Numbered from the stretch's first letter, positions 21,130 to 30,948 are shown. The stretch is 64,000 bases of DNA from Nannocystis bainbridge (GCF_028368995.1 NZ_JAQNDL010000001.1:2752001-2816000), one strand, 5' to 3'. The notes: a model not told the origin generated them from the sequence alone. Program-made: numbers and translations.

Positions 21130-21933
21130 TCAGATGATCTTGGTGCCGGCCAGGCCGGGCGGGCTCTTGGGGTACTCGAGGTCCATGCGCTCGAGCTCGC
21201 GGACGACGATGCGGGCGACCAGGAAGTTGCGGAACCACTTGCGGTCGGCGGGGATGATGTACCAGGGCGCGTCGTCGGTGGAGGTGCGGACGAAGATCTG
21301 CTGGTAGACGGCGGTGAACTCGTCCCAGGCGGCCCGCGCCTTGAGGTCGTGCGGGTCGAACTTCCAGTGCTTCTCGGGGCTGTCGAGCCGCTCCTGCAGC
21401 CGCTTGCGCTGCTCGTCCCTGCTGATGTGGAGGAAGAACTTGAGCACGCAGGTGCCGCTGTCGTGCAGCAGCTCCTCGAAGCGGCGGACGTGGTCGTAGC
21501 GCGGCTCGACGACCTGCTTGGGCTGCAGCTTCTCGACCGTGGGCACCAGGATGTCCTCGTAGTGCGAGCGGTTGAAGATGGCGACGTGACCCGCCGGCGG
21601 GACGTGGTGGTGGATCCGCCACAAGAAATCGTGGGCCCGCTCGAGCTCGTTGGGGGCCTTGAACGCCACGACGTGGGTGCCGAGCGGGTTGAAGCCGCCG
21701 GCGACGTGCTTGATCGTGCCGTCCTTGCCGCTGGCGTCGCGGCCCTGCAAGATGATCAGCAGCGACCGCTTGCGCTCGGCGTACAGCCGCTCCTGCAAGT
21801 CCTGCATGCGCGTGAGCAGGCCAGGCAGCTCGGCCTCGGCCTCGGACCGCTCGAAGCCGCCGTTGTCGTCGGGCTCGTACCCGCTGAGCTTGGCCCCACC
21901 CGCGCCGCGCACCCGGTAGTCGTCGAGATCCAT
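21130..21933 (-). CDS. ppk2: Polyphosphate kinase 2 family (class III-like)
   Basis: LQGRDASGKDG Walker A, FKAP, HDFLWR, FNRSHYE, KFFLHIS and APWYIIPADRKWFRN motifs. Confidence 0.95.
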   Translation of the reverse strand: MDLDDYRVRGAGGAKLSGYEPDDNGGFERSEAEAELPGLLTRMQDLQERLYAERKRSLLIILQGRDASGKDGTIKHVAGGFNPLGTHVVAFKAPNELERAHDFLWRIHHHVPPAGHVAIFNRSHYEDILVPTVEKLQPKQVVEPRYDHVRRFEELLHDSGTCVLKFFLHISRDEQRKRLQERLDSPEKHWKFDPHDLKARAAWDEFTAVYQQIFVRTSTDDAPWYIIPADRKWFRNFLVARIVVRELERMDLEYPKSPPGLAGTKII

Positions 21934-22107
21934 GCGGTGTTCTTGCGCGATCGACGAGGATTGTCCACCCGGGCCGCGAACCCCCCCCGCTCGGAGCGCG
22001 GGGACGCGCCCGCGTGAGCAGATCTGACCTCGCGGACAGGTCGAGCGACAGACGCGCGCCGGCGAGAGGGATGTCCCGACGGACAGTTTTTATGAGGGGC
22101 GATCGCG

Positions 22108-22420
22108 TGATGCGAGGCTGGCCTCTCGGACAGGTCATGCGCTGGCGCGTGATGCGAGGCTGGCCTCTCGGACAGTCATGCGCAGGCGCGAACGCATGGT
22201 GCGGGGCTGGCCCCTCGGGCAGTCACGCGCAGGCGCGAGCGACCTGTGCGGTCTGGCCTCTCGGACAGGTCATGCGCTGGCGCGTGGTGCGAGGCTGGCC
22301 TCTCGGACAATCAGGCGCTGGCGCGAACGCGTGGTGCGGGGCTGGCCTCTCGGACAGGTCGGCGCAGGCGCGAACGCGTGGGGCGGGGCTGACCTCTCCG
22401 ATAGGTCATGCGCAGGCGCG
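22108..22420. repeat. Seven degenerate 40-48 bp tandem repeats
   Basis: Unit approximately GTG(A/G)TGCG(A/G)GGCTGGCCTCTCGGACAGGTCATGCGC(A/T)GGCGC(GAACGC); no unique spacers. Confidence 0.85.
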
Positions 22421-22450
22421 GAGCCTCGCCCGGCGTCGGCGCTCTGCGAT

Positions 22451-22538
22451 GGTGCCCCAAAGGACATGCCTTTTAGAACATGCCCTTTGGAACATGTCGG
22501 ATAGGGCATGCTCTTTCGAGCATGCCCTCTCGAGCTAG
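22451..22538. repeat. Array of 14-bp TGTC-N6-GACA elements
   Basis: CATG at 22465, 22479, 22493, 22507, 22521; in-phase variants GGTG at 22451 and CTAG at 22535 (the latter contains the stop codon of the adjacent gene). Confidence 0.9.
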
Positions 22539-24223
22539 CGGCGACCGGCCCGGGGCGGGCGCGGGGGGGCCGAGGGGCGCGGGGCCGACGGTCGCGGGGT
22601 CGGGCGCGCTTCAGGGCGCGGGCTCGGACGCGGGGTCGGCCGCGACTCGGGCTGCGGCCGCGGGGTCGGACGCGGGCGCGACTCGGGCTGCGGCATCGGC
22701 CGCGACTCGGGCTGCGGCCGCGGCCGCGATTCGGGCACGGGGCGCGGCTGCGGGCGCGGCTGCGGGGTCGGCCGCGACTCGGGCTGCGGCCGCTCCGGTC
22801 GCGGGCTCGAGCCGGGCTCGGGGAACGGCCGCGGGGTCGGCCGCGTGCTCGGGCCGGGGTCCGGCCGCGGGCTGGGGTCCGGCCGCGTGCTCGGGCCCGG
22901 GTCCGGCCGCGGGTCGGGCCGCGAGCCGGGCCGCGGGATCGGCACCGGACGGTCCGGATACGTCGGGTCCGGCCGCGAGCCGGGCGTCGGCCGCGGGATC
23001 GGCACCGGACGGTCCGGATACGTCGGGTCCGGCCGCGAGCCAGGCGTCGGCCGCGGGATCGGCACCGGCCGGTCCGGGTACGTCGGGTCCGGCCGCGAGC
23101 CGGGCGTCGGCCGCGGGATCGGCACCGGCCGGCCCGGATCGGGGGTCGTGCCCGGGATCGTCGGATCGGGCCGCGTCGGGTCGGGCCGCGTCGGATCGGG
23201 CCGCGGGATCGGCACCGGCCGGCCCGGATCGGGGGTCGTACCCGGGATCGTCGGATCGGGCCGCGTCGGATCGGGCCGCGGGATCGGCCGGCCCGGATCG
23301 GGGGTCGTGCCCGGGATCGTCGGATCGGGCCGCGTCGGATCGGGCCGCGTGCCCGGATCGGGCCGATCGGGCAACGGCTGGCCGCCGGGCCCGGGCACGG
23401 GGCGCGTGCCGGGCGGCGGGACCGGGATCGGCTGGCCGCCGGGGCCGGGCACCGGGCGCGTGCTCGGCGGCGGGGGCGGGATCGGCTGGCCGCCGGGGCC
23501 GGGCACCGGGCGCGTGCCGGGAGGGACCGGCTCGGGCAACGGCTGGCCGCCGGGGCCCGGCATCGGCCGCGAGCCCGGGAAATCGGGGCGGTCCGGGTAC
23601 GGCTGGTCGGGGTACGGGCGATCGGGGTACGGGCGGTCCGGGTACGGCCGGCCGCCGGGGCGCGGGTACGGGCGCACGCCGGGGCGCCCGCCGGGGATCG
23701 GCACGACCGGGCGATAGCTGTGGTCGGCGTAGCTGTGGAAGCCGTCGGTGCGCGCGCCGCCCCAGTACCAGCCTGCCCCGTAGCAGCCGTCGGCCCAGCT
23801 GTACTGGCGCGCCGGATAGGCGCCGTTCCACACGGAGATCAGCGGCGTGGGCGGGGTCCAGTAGTAGACCCACGTGTGCATCTCCGGGCTGAAGAAGACG
23901 AGATGGCCCTCGATGTTGTAGTAGGGCCGCCCGGCCCAGGTGACCCGCGGGTACGAGTCGATGGGCATCGTCGACAGGTGGGTGTATTCGACCAGCTCGA
24001 GCTGCTGGCTGTCGTACAGCTCGTAGCCGACGACCGCGCTGGTCCGGGTGCCGCACACCGACTCGCATGTGCCAGTGCTGGTGCTGTGGTACCCGCCGAC
24101 CGCGGTCACCCGGGTGTCCCGGGCCTGGGGATAGACGCTGTAATAGGTGCAGCCGGAGCTGCCGAGGAGGGCCGCGACGGCTATCGCGGCGAGCGAGAGG
24201 AACCGAAACCGAGAACCACTCAT
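22535..24223 (-). CDS. Proline/arginine-rich repetitive lipoprotein
   Basis: Lipobox SSGC, Tyr/Trp-rich N-terminal domain, then PDRPY, PGPGGQP, PDPTR and near-identical 60-bp PDRPVPIPRPTPGSRPDPTY repeats. Confidence 0.8.
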   Translation of the reverse strand: MSGSRFRFLSLAAIAVAALLGSSGCTYYSVYPQARDTRVTAVGGYHSTSTGTCESVCGTRTSAVVGYELYDSQQLELVEYTHLSTMPIDSYPRVTWAGRPYYNIEGHLVFFSPEMHTWVYYWTPPTPLISVWNGAYPARQYSWADGCYGAGWYWGGARTDGFHSYADHSYRPVVPIPGGRPGVRPYPRPGGRPYPDRPYPDRPYPDQPYPDRPDFPGSRPMPGPGGQPLPEPVPPGTRPVPGPGGQPIPPPPPSTRPVPGPGGQPIPVPPPGTRPVPGPGGQPLPDRPDPGTRPDPTRPDPTIPGTTPDPGRPIPRPDPTRPDPTIPGTTPDPGRPVPIPRPDPTRPDPTRPDPTIPGTTPDPGRPVPIPRPTPGSRPDPTYPDRPVPIPRPTPGSRPDPTYPDRPVPIPRPTPGSRPDPTYPDRPVPIPRPGSRPDPRPDPGPSTRPDPSPRPDPGPSTRPTPRPFPEPGSSPRPERPQPESRPTPQPRPQPRPVPESRPRPQPESRPMPQPESRPRPTPRPQPESRPTPRPSPRPEARPTPRPSAPRPSAPPRPPRAGRR

Positions 24224-24267
24224 GTGTTGACCGACTCTCGAGAATGAAAAACTGTTCATGATCGCCT

Positions 24268-25686
24268 TCACTTCCCGGCCACGTCTCGGTCCTCGAAGGC
24301 GGACCACCCTCGCTGGTCGCCCGCGCGCGGTCCCCAGCCCGCGGCGGCGATCGGGACGCCCAGCTCGAGGGCGACAAAGTCGAGGAATTCTCGGCTTTCA
24401 GGGCTATCCGGGCCGTCCCAGCCCGGCAGCCGGCGCCACCGCGGGCGCGCCTGGAGGAGCCCGCGGGTGGCCTCGGCGCGGAGCTCGAGGCTGCCGGTGA
24501 CCGGGGCGAACTCGCGCACGACGGCGCCGTCGATGAAGACCCAGGCGTCGCAGACGGAGATCTGCCGCCGCCCGGCGAGGCTGTCGAGATGCGTGACGAC
24601 GAGGCCATCGACGCGACCGGCGATGGCGAGGCCGAGGCGGGCGGCGACGAGGTCGAACCAGCCGACGCGCATGGGGCCCTGCCACGGACCCGGGAGGTTG
24701 TGCGGCTCGGGGAGCGCGAGCGCGGGGTCCTCGGCGACGAAGGGCCCGGGGCCGTGGCGGGTGCCGTAGGCCCGCAGGACGCCGAGGCGGCGCAGCGGGG
24801 CGCTCGCGGGGACCTCGGCGCACAGGGCCTCGGCCTGGGCGAAGCGCACGGATGAAGGGGTGACGTGGGGGAAGAAGCCGTGCTCGGCGTCCAGTAGCGC
24901 GCCGTGGGCCCCCTCGAACACGACCGCGGACGGGTCAGCCGCGAGGGCGGCGCGCAGCTGCTCGCCCTCGTCGACGGCGAGCCGCGCGGCGATCGCGAGG
25001 TAGGCGTCGGCGACGACGTCGGCGAGGTCGGGGCGCGCGAGCTCGGCGACGAGCGGGGCGATCGCGGGCACGGAGGCGCGCTCGGCCAGCTGCTCGGCGC
25101 GGTCGAGCTTGAGCAGCTGGATCTGCCGCAGCGCGCGGACCAGCGCCGGACGGTCGCCCTTGAGCGCGCCGACGCGGAGGACCACGGCGTGCGGGTTGTG
25201 AGCGTCGCGCCAGGCCGGGCCGACGCCGAGGCCGCAGCTGCCGTGGCGATCTGTCCCTCGGGACAGCTCCTCGATGCGGCCGAGCAGGCGGTGGAACGGG
25301 GTGACGACGACGCAGCGGACGTCGACGACGAGGCCGGACCAGGGGTCGACGAGGCCCGCCGCCTGCAAGGCCTCGGCCTCGCGCGCCAGCGCCAGCGGCT
25401 CGACGAGCATGAAGCGGCTCAGGCAACTGCGCGCCCCGGCGAGCGCGCCGGCGCCGAATTGGGCGAAGCAGTGGACACGGCCGCCGGGGTCGACGACGTG
25501 GTGGGCCGCCTGCGGGCCGCCGTTGAAGCGGACCACCAGCGGCCGCCCGCGTCGGCGCGCGAGGGCGTCGACGACGGCGCCCTTGCCCTCGTCGCCGAAG
25601 CCGCAGCCGAGGACGGCGACAGGTCCTTCGGGACAGGTTCCAAGTGCCAGGTCACCCACCACGGACGCGCCGGGGCAGGCTGGCAC
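24268..25686 (-). CDS. Divergent adenylosuccinate synthetase-like protein
   Basis: GFGDEGKG, RFNGGPQAAH, HGSCGLGVG, FEGAHGALLD, PHVTPS, AYGTRHGPGPF, RVGWFD and THLD motifs. Start may be the GTG near 25660. Confidence 0.85.
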   Translation of the reverse strand: MPACPGASVVGDLALGTCPEGPVAVLGCGFGDEGKGAVVDALARRRGRPLVVRFNGGPQAAHHVVDPGGRVHCFAQFGAGALAGARSCLSRFMLVEPLALAREAEALQAAGLVDPWSGLVVDVRCVVVTPFHRLLGRIEELSRGTDRHGSCGLGVGPAWRDAHNPHAVVLRVGALKGDRPALVRALRQIQLLKLDRAEQLAERASVPAIAPLVAELARPDLADVVADAYLAIAARLAVDEGEQLRAALAADPSAVVFEGAHGALLDAEHGFFPHVTPSSVRFAQAEALCAEVPASAPLRRLGVLRAYGTRHGPGPFVAEDPALALPEPHNLPGPWQGPMRVGWFDLVAARLGLAIAGRVDGLVVTHLDSLAGRRQISVCDAWVFIDGAVVREFAPVTGSLELRAEATRGLLQARPRWRRLPGWDGPDSPESREFLDFVALELGVPIAAAGWGPRAGDQRGWSAFEDRDVAGK

Positions 25687-25807
25687 GAGCCGGCCGCGCC
25701 GGTCAAGCCGCGCGGCCCCGTGCGCGATCTGGGGCGCCGCGACGGCCAGGTGAACGAGTCTTCAGCGCGAGCGGCGCGGGGGAGCGCAGCGGGACGTCGA
25801 AGGGCTG

Positions 25808-25950
25808 CCTGGCTCTCGGGACATGTCGATGCGGAGACGGCGGCGCGCGAGTCACGGGTAACATGTCTCTCGGGACATGATGAATCGTGAACGGTTCGAT
25901 AACATGTCCATCAGGACATGATGAATGCGACATGTCCATCAGGACATGTC
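25808..25950. repeat. Array of 14-bp TGTC-N6-GACA elements
   Basis: Pairs at 25808/25822 and 25862/25876; run at 25903, 25917, 25931, 25945. Confidence 0.9.
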
Positions 25951-25987
25951 GCAATCATGCAGCAGGCCATGCTCGCCGCGGCCGCGC

Positions 25988-26740
25988 TCACGCGCCGTAG
26001 TCGAGCGTGCCGCTGACCACCAGCGCCGCGTGGCGCTTGAGCCAGGCCGTCACCGCGTCGCGGTGGTGCAGCTCCTGGACCAGCGGCTCGCGCAGCTTGT
26101 GGACCAGCGCGGTCTCGCCGAAGTCGTCGGCGATGTCGACCAGCTGCTCCCACGACGCGCTGTCGACCAGCTCGGCGACCAGGTGAGCGTGCAGCGCCTG
26201 CGGCAGGGTCGTGCGTGGGTCGGACACCACCTGGACGATGCCGGCCAGCTCGACGCCCGCGAGGTCGGCCGAGGGCGTGACCGCGGTCGGGTCGGCGCCG
26301 AGGTTGATGAGGACGTCCTGCAGCAGCGCGAAGTGGTGGGCCTCGTCGGCGCGGAACTCGGCCAGCTCCGCGAGCGTCGGCCCGCCCTCCCAGCTGCCCT
26401 GCGCCTCGCACTTGGCGATCAGCGCGTCGAACAGGCGCACGCCGGTGCGCTCGAACGCGAGGCGCTCGCCGAGCTTGTCGAGCAGCAGGTGGACCCGGTG
26501 CCGCGGCACCGGCGTGCCGCCGGCGTTCTCGACCACGCGCAGGCTGGCCGGCGCCGGCATGTGACCGATCAGCCCGACCTCGCCGGCGTACTGGCGCCGC
26601 ACCTCGGCGAGCGCGCGGGCGCAGCCGGGTGAGCTCGGGGCCTCGCGCGCTCCCTCGACCACGGCGGGTCCGTCGGTCGGCGAGAGGTAGATGCCGGTGC
26701 GGTTGAGGGCGAGGTCGGTGGGTCTTTGGACGCGGTTCAT
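25988..26740 (-). CDS. Ferritin-like domain protein
   Basis: MNRVQ...NRTG, DKLGERLAFERTGVRL, DEAHHF, AELVDSASWE and QELHH diiron-type ExxH pattern; ATGA overlap with the upstream gene. Confidence 0.85.
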   Translation of the reverse strand: MNRVQRPTDLALNRTGIYLSPTDGPAVVEGAREAPSSPGCARALAEVRRQYAGEVGLIGHMPAPASLRVVENAGGTPVPRHRVHLLLDKLGERLAFERTGVRLFDALIAKCEAQGSWEGGPTLAELAEFRADEAHHFALLQDVLINLGADPTAVTPSADLAGVELAGIVQVVSDPRTTLPQALHAHLVAELVDSASWEQLVDIADDFGETALVHKLREPLVQELHHRDAVTAWLKRHAALVVSGTLDYGA

Positions 26741-27942
26741 GATCCGGTCGCTTTCAGCGGGGGGAGGACGGAGGCGTCGCGGATCCGCGGGTCCGCGAGC
26801 TCGGTGCCGGGCGACCAGCGATAGCCGGCGGCCACGGTCTCGGACGGCGAGCCCTCGCGCTCCAGCTGGGCGCGATAGCTCTGGGTGGCCCGCGACTCGG
26901 CGTCGCGCGGCACGAACTCGGTGCCCGCGGCCCCGAGCTCGAGCTCGGCGGCCAGGACCTCGCGGATGAACGCGCGCTCGCCGGTGAACGCGAGCGGGTC
27001 GCCGAAGCTCGTCGGCACGACCTCGGAGGCGTCGCGCAGCTCGGTCTTCTCGTAAAGCTCGCGGACGAGCCGCAAGTGCTCGATCTCGTAGGCGAGGAAG
27101 CGCTCCCACACCGCCCGCACCCGCGGGTTCGTCTCCGACGCGAGGCAGCCCCAGTACAAGTAGACCTCGGCGGCCTCCTGCAACAGCCACCGCTCGAGCC
27201 AGGTCTCGGCCGGATCGATCAACGACTCGCACTGCGTGACGTGCTGCTCCTTGACCGAGGCGAGCTCGGCGTAGAGCTGGCGCGCGACCGGGTCGGCGAA
27301 GGTCGGGCCGACGTCGAGGTAGTGATCGCGGACCTGGTAGGCGAGGGCGCTGGCGATCCGCGCGTGCAGCTTGGTCGTCGGCGCGGTCGCGCAGCGGTCG
27401 TACCAGCGGCGCAGGTCGTCCTCGGGCGCGCGGTGCTGGGTGGCGGTCGGCCGGCCCGGGCGGATGTCGGTGTACGACTGGAGGATCGCGTTGGCGTCGC
27501 GGCCCTCGAGGCGATCCATCAGCGCGGCGAGGCGGTAGAGGTGATCGAAGTCCTCGAGCAGGCCGAGGCGCAGCGCCTGGGCGACGTATGGGTCGGGCTC
27601 GCAGCGGGCCATCTGGGCCCCGACCTCGACCGCGGCCTGGGCCATGGCGATCGAGCACTCGAGCGGCGACTGGTCGGCGGGCTGCAGCCAGCGCAGCAGC
27701 GTGGCCTGGTGGTGCTCGACGCGACGGAGGTCGGCGAGCAAGATCCGGTGCTCGGCGCCGAAGTGCACGGCGGCGTGCTGGAAGCGCACCGCCGCCTGTT
27801 CACCGGCGTAGCCGACGATCAGCCGGACGCGCGTGAAGGCCTCGTCGTCGAGCTTGCTGATCGGCTCGCGCACCAGGTCCTTCCACGTGAACACCTGGCG
27901 CGCGAGCGGGGTGCCATGCTCTCGCAGCAGATCGAGGGTCAT
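26737..27942 (-). CDS. Tandem ferritin-like domain protein
   Basis: RVEHHQ, LLEDFDHLYR, KEQHVTQ and YEIEHL ExxH-like motifs; co-transcribed with the downstream ferritin-like gene. Confidence 0.75.
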   Translation of the reverse strand: MTLDLLREHGTPLARQVFTWKDLVREPISKLDDEAFTRVRLIVGYAGEQAAVRFQHAAVHFGAEHRILLADLRRVEHHQATLLRWLQPADQSPLECSIAMAQAAVEVGAQMARCEPDPYVAQALRLGLLEDFDHLYRLAALMDRLEGRDANAILQSYTDIRPGRPTATQHRAPEDDLRRWYDRCATAPTTKLHARIASALAYQVRDHYLDVGPTFADPVARQLYAELASVKEQHVTQCESLIDPAETWLERWLLQEAAEVYLYWGCLASETNPRVRAVWERFLAYEIEHLRLVRELYEKTELRDASEVVPTSFGDPLAFTGERAFIREVLAAELELGAAGTEFVPRDAESRATQSYRAQLEREGSPSETVAAGYRWSPGTELADPRIRDASVLPPLKATGS

Positions 27943-28070
27943 GGCGAGAGGTGTGACCGGGTCGTTCGCTCAGGCAAGCTCAGGCGCGGGCAGGCGACCG
28001 CAGACGGCGCGAGCGCCGGAGGTCCGGACCGCGTCCGCGGCGGCGGACGCCGGCGAGGTCGACGCCGCGG

Positions 28071-28760
28071 TCATCGCGCGCGGCGGTCGAGCAGCTCGCC
28101 GCTCATGCCGGCGGCCGCGTCGCTGGCGAGGAACACGAGGTCGCCCGCGCCGAGCTCCGGGTCGTCGTCGGGCACGACCGCGTTGACGCGGACCTTGACG
28201 CGCGTGAGGTTGTTGGCGAGCGAGCGCGTGCAGGTGCCGATGGCGGCCCGGATCGCCTCGTCGTCGCGCACCGGGTCGTCGGGCGATCGCGGCGAGGCGG
28301 TGTTGACGATGCTCGCACCTGGCCGATCGCGCAGGTACGGCAACAGCCGGCGGGTCAAGAAGAACAGCGAGAAGAAGCTCGGCGGGGCCCGGCGCGCGAC
28401 CAGGTTGTTGACCAGCACGTCGACGCCGCCGAACCGCGCGACCGCCCCGGCGACCAGCGCCTCGCAGAAGCCCGGGTCGTCGACGTCGCCGCACACGGCC
28501 AGGCACGCCCGGCCCTCGCGCTCGACGGCGCGCACCAGCGCCTGGGCGTCGCCGTGGCCCGCGAGATGGGTGAAGACGACGTCGGCGCCCTCGCGGGCGA
28601 ACCGGATCGCGGCCGCGCGGCCGATGCCGGTGTCTCCCCCCGTGATCAGCGCGACCTTGCCGACCAGAGCGCGGCCCCGCCGGGCCGCCGGCGACGAGGG
28701 CTCGCGCGCGCAGGCCCGGCGCGGCGGGTCCACGGCGGAAATTTCGGCGGGATCGTCCAT
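28071..28760 (-). CDS. SDR family oxidoreductase-like protein, catalytic motif degenerate
   Basis: GKVALITGGDTGIGRA, DVLVNN, SIVNTAS and VRVNAV present, but no YxxxK. Confidence 0.75.
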   Translation of the reverse strand: MDDPAEISAVDPPRRACAREPSSPAARRGRALVGKVALITGGDTGIGRAAAIRFAREGADVVFTHLAGHGDAQALVRAVEREGRACLAVCGDVDDPGFCEALVAGAVARFGGVDVLVNNLVARRAPPSFFSLFFLTRRLLPYLRDRPGASIVNTASPRSPDDPVRDDEAIRAAIGTCTRSLANNLTRVKVRVNAVVPDDDPELGAGDLVFLASDAAAGMSGELLDRRAR

Positions 28761-29119
28761 ATACGGGTCTTTGGCCGGGGTCCGACGGCCTCGCAAGGAA
28801 AAGCGCAGGGGCCTGTGATCCGTTGCGTACCCTCGTGACACTACCTTCCTGCGACGACCGAGCCGGGCGCGGTCGTGCGCCGCACCGGTGGTATTCCGGG
28901 CGACTATCCCGGCCATCGTCGAACAGCCGCCCCTATTTTATCTGCGGCTCCGGATCGGCGCTATTCGTATGGGACATGTCCGTTAGGACATGCAAGCGGG
29001 ATAGACAACTCGCGGCGTATGAGCCCGCGGTCGCTGAGGGACGGGATAACTCACGGACCTCAGCGCCCGCCGCGGATCCAACCCCACGGCGGCCGTTTAT
29101 GGCCTGCTATCGTGCGGGG

Positions 29120-30859
29120 ATGCGTATCCGTTCGCGGCTCGTCGCAGCGTTCATACTCATCGCCGGCTGCGGCGATTCGACGGCAAACACCGGCACGAGC
29201 GAGGGGACGAGCTCGACCGGTGAGCCCTCGTCTTCGTCGTCGACGACGGTCGAGACCCCGACGACCACCGGGACCACCGGGCCAGCTGCGTGCGCGCCCG
29301 GTGTGCTCGAATGCGTCAGCGAGACCGAGGTCGCCGAGTGCGGGCCCGACGGCCAGTTCGGCGCGCCGGTGGCCTGCCCCGACGGAGGCGTCTGCGTCGA
29401 CGGGAGCGGCTGCGTCGGCTGCGAGCCCGGGGCGGTCCGTTGCGAGGGCGACGCGCTGCAGCAGTGCAGCGAGGCCGGCGCGTGGGAGGACCAGCTCACC
29501 TGCAGCGCGGCCCAGGGGCTGACCTGCGACGCCGCGGCGATGACCTGCGCGGGCGCGTGCGCGCCGGAGCTGCTGCCCCGGACCGCCTCGGGCTGCGAGT
29601 TCTACGCCCTGACCGCGCTGCAGCTGGGCGAGAACGGCTCGATCTTCGCGGTCGTGATCGAGAACCCGAACGACAGCCCGGTCACCGTCACGATCTCGCA
29701 GAACGAAGACTTCACGCCGGTGATCGAGACGGTCGACGCCGACAGCTTCCGCGTGATCGAGCTGCCCTTCACGCTGAACCTGTCGACCGCGCTGGTCGGC
29801 AAGCTCGAGTTCGACGGGGCCTACCACATCGAGAGCGACCTGCCGGTGCAGGTGGTCCAGTACAACACGTTCAACCTGTCAGCCTCGGCCGACAGCGCGC
29901 TGCTGTGGCCGCGGCACACGTGGGGCACCGACTACTTCGTGTCGTCGTACCCGGCGACCGAGGTCCCGAGCGGCTTCTATCACGGGGCGTGGGCGGTGGT
30001 CGCCGGCGCCGACAAGCTGTCGGTCGAGGCGACCGCGCTGCCGGGCACCAAGTCGAAGGCCGGGCCGGGCATCGGCGTCGACGGCAGCGGCAAGGCGCCG
30101 CTCAACGCCGGCGACGTGCTGCAGATCGTCAGCGACGACGACGGCGACCTCACCGGCACGCGCCTGGTCGCCGACAAGCCGATCCAGGTGCTCGGCGGCC
30201 ACGAGTGCAGCTTCATGCCGGTGGGCGTCGGCTACTGCGACCACCTCGAGGACATGATGCTGTCGGTGCCGCAGCTGGGCACGGAGTACGTGATCGTGGC
30301 CCCGTCGCGGCACAACCCGCCGACGCTGCGCCGCGACCAGGTGGTGCGCGTGGTGGCCAGCGCGCCGAACACCGAGCTGACGTTCGAGCCGCCGATCTTC
30401 CCGCCGATGACGATCGCGGGCGCGGGCGAGTTCGTCGAGCTGGGGCCGAGCAGCGAACACTTCGCGCTCGTCAGCAGCGCGCCGGTGCTGGTGACGCAAT
30501 ACATGGTCGGCTCGACCCATGTGGGCGACTTCACCGACCCGGCGATGCTGGTGACGCTGCCGGTGACCCGCTGGCACGGCACGCACTACGTGCACGCCCT
30601 GCCCGCCTGGCTCCCGGTCGACGTCGACATCGTCGCGCCCACCGGCGCGACGGTCATGGTCGACGGCGCGCCGGTGGCCGGCTTCCAGGACCTCGGCGAC
30701 GCGCCCTACCAGACCGCGCACGTCCGCTTCGACGAGGACGACGGGCTGGTCGAGATCGCCGCCGACCAACCGATCTTCGTGAGCGTCTACGCGACCCGCT
30801 CGGACGCGCCCGCGAGCAGCTTCTGGCACAGCACCGGCGGCCTGCTCGCGCCCGAGTAG
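29120..30859 (+). CDS. IgGFc-binding-protein N-terminal domain lipoprotein
   Basis: Lipobox IAGC, Cys-rich segment, GCEFY, SADSALLWP, DLTGTRL, CDHLEDMM and DPAM motifs. Confidence 0.85.
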   Translation: MRIRSRLVAAFILIAGCGDSTANTGTSEGTSSTGEPSSSSSTTVETPTTTGTTGPAACAPGVLECVSETEVAECGPDGQFGAPVACPDGGVCVDGSGCVGCEPGAVRCEGDALQQCSEAGAWEDQLTCSAAQGLTCDAAAMTCAGACAPELLPRTASGCEFYALTALQLGENGSIFAVVIENPNDSPVTVTISQNEDFTPVIETVDADSFRVIELPFTLNLSTALVGKLEFDGAYHIESDLPVQVVQYNTFNLSASADSALLWPRHTWGTDYFVSSYPATEVPSGFYHGAWAVVAGADKLSVEATALPGTKSKAGPGIGVDGSGKAPLNAGDVLQIVSDDDGDLTGTRLVADKPIQVLGGHECSFMPVGVGYCDHLEDMMLSVPQLGTEYVIVAPSRHNPPTLRRDQVVRVVASAPNTELTFEPPIFPPMTIAGAGEFVELGPSSEHFALVSSAPVLVTQYMVGSTHVGDFTDPAMLVTLPVTRWHGTHYVHALPAWLPVDVDIVAPTGATVMVDGAPVAGFQDLGDAPYQTAHVRFDEDDGLVEIAADQPIFVSVYATRSDAPASSFWHSTGGLLAPE

Positions 30860-30869
30860 CGGCCCCCAA

Positions 30870-30948
30870 GGACATGCTCCTCGGAGCATGTCCCCGAGAG
30901 CATGTCCAATGTGACATGCTCTTTTGAACATGCTCTTCGGTGCATGAC
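30870..30948. repeat. Array of 14-bp TGTC-N6-GACA elements (6 cores)
   Basis: CATG at 30873, 30887, 30901, 30915, 30929 and 30943; convergent junction. Confidence 0.92.

Noticed and set aside
22108-22420. Possible CRISPR array
   Set aside because: Repeats are contiguous and degenerate, with no unique spacers and no cas genes in the window.
24268-25686. PurZ (2-aminoadenine synthesis) assignment
   Set aside because: The catalytic Asp of GDEGKG is retained and no Z-genome accessory genes are present.
30870-30948. Arrays as insertion-sequence or MITE ends
   Set aside because: No transposase, no shared internal sequence between arrays, no target-site duplications seen, and the motif occurs inside intact CDSs.
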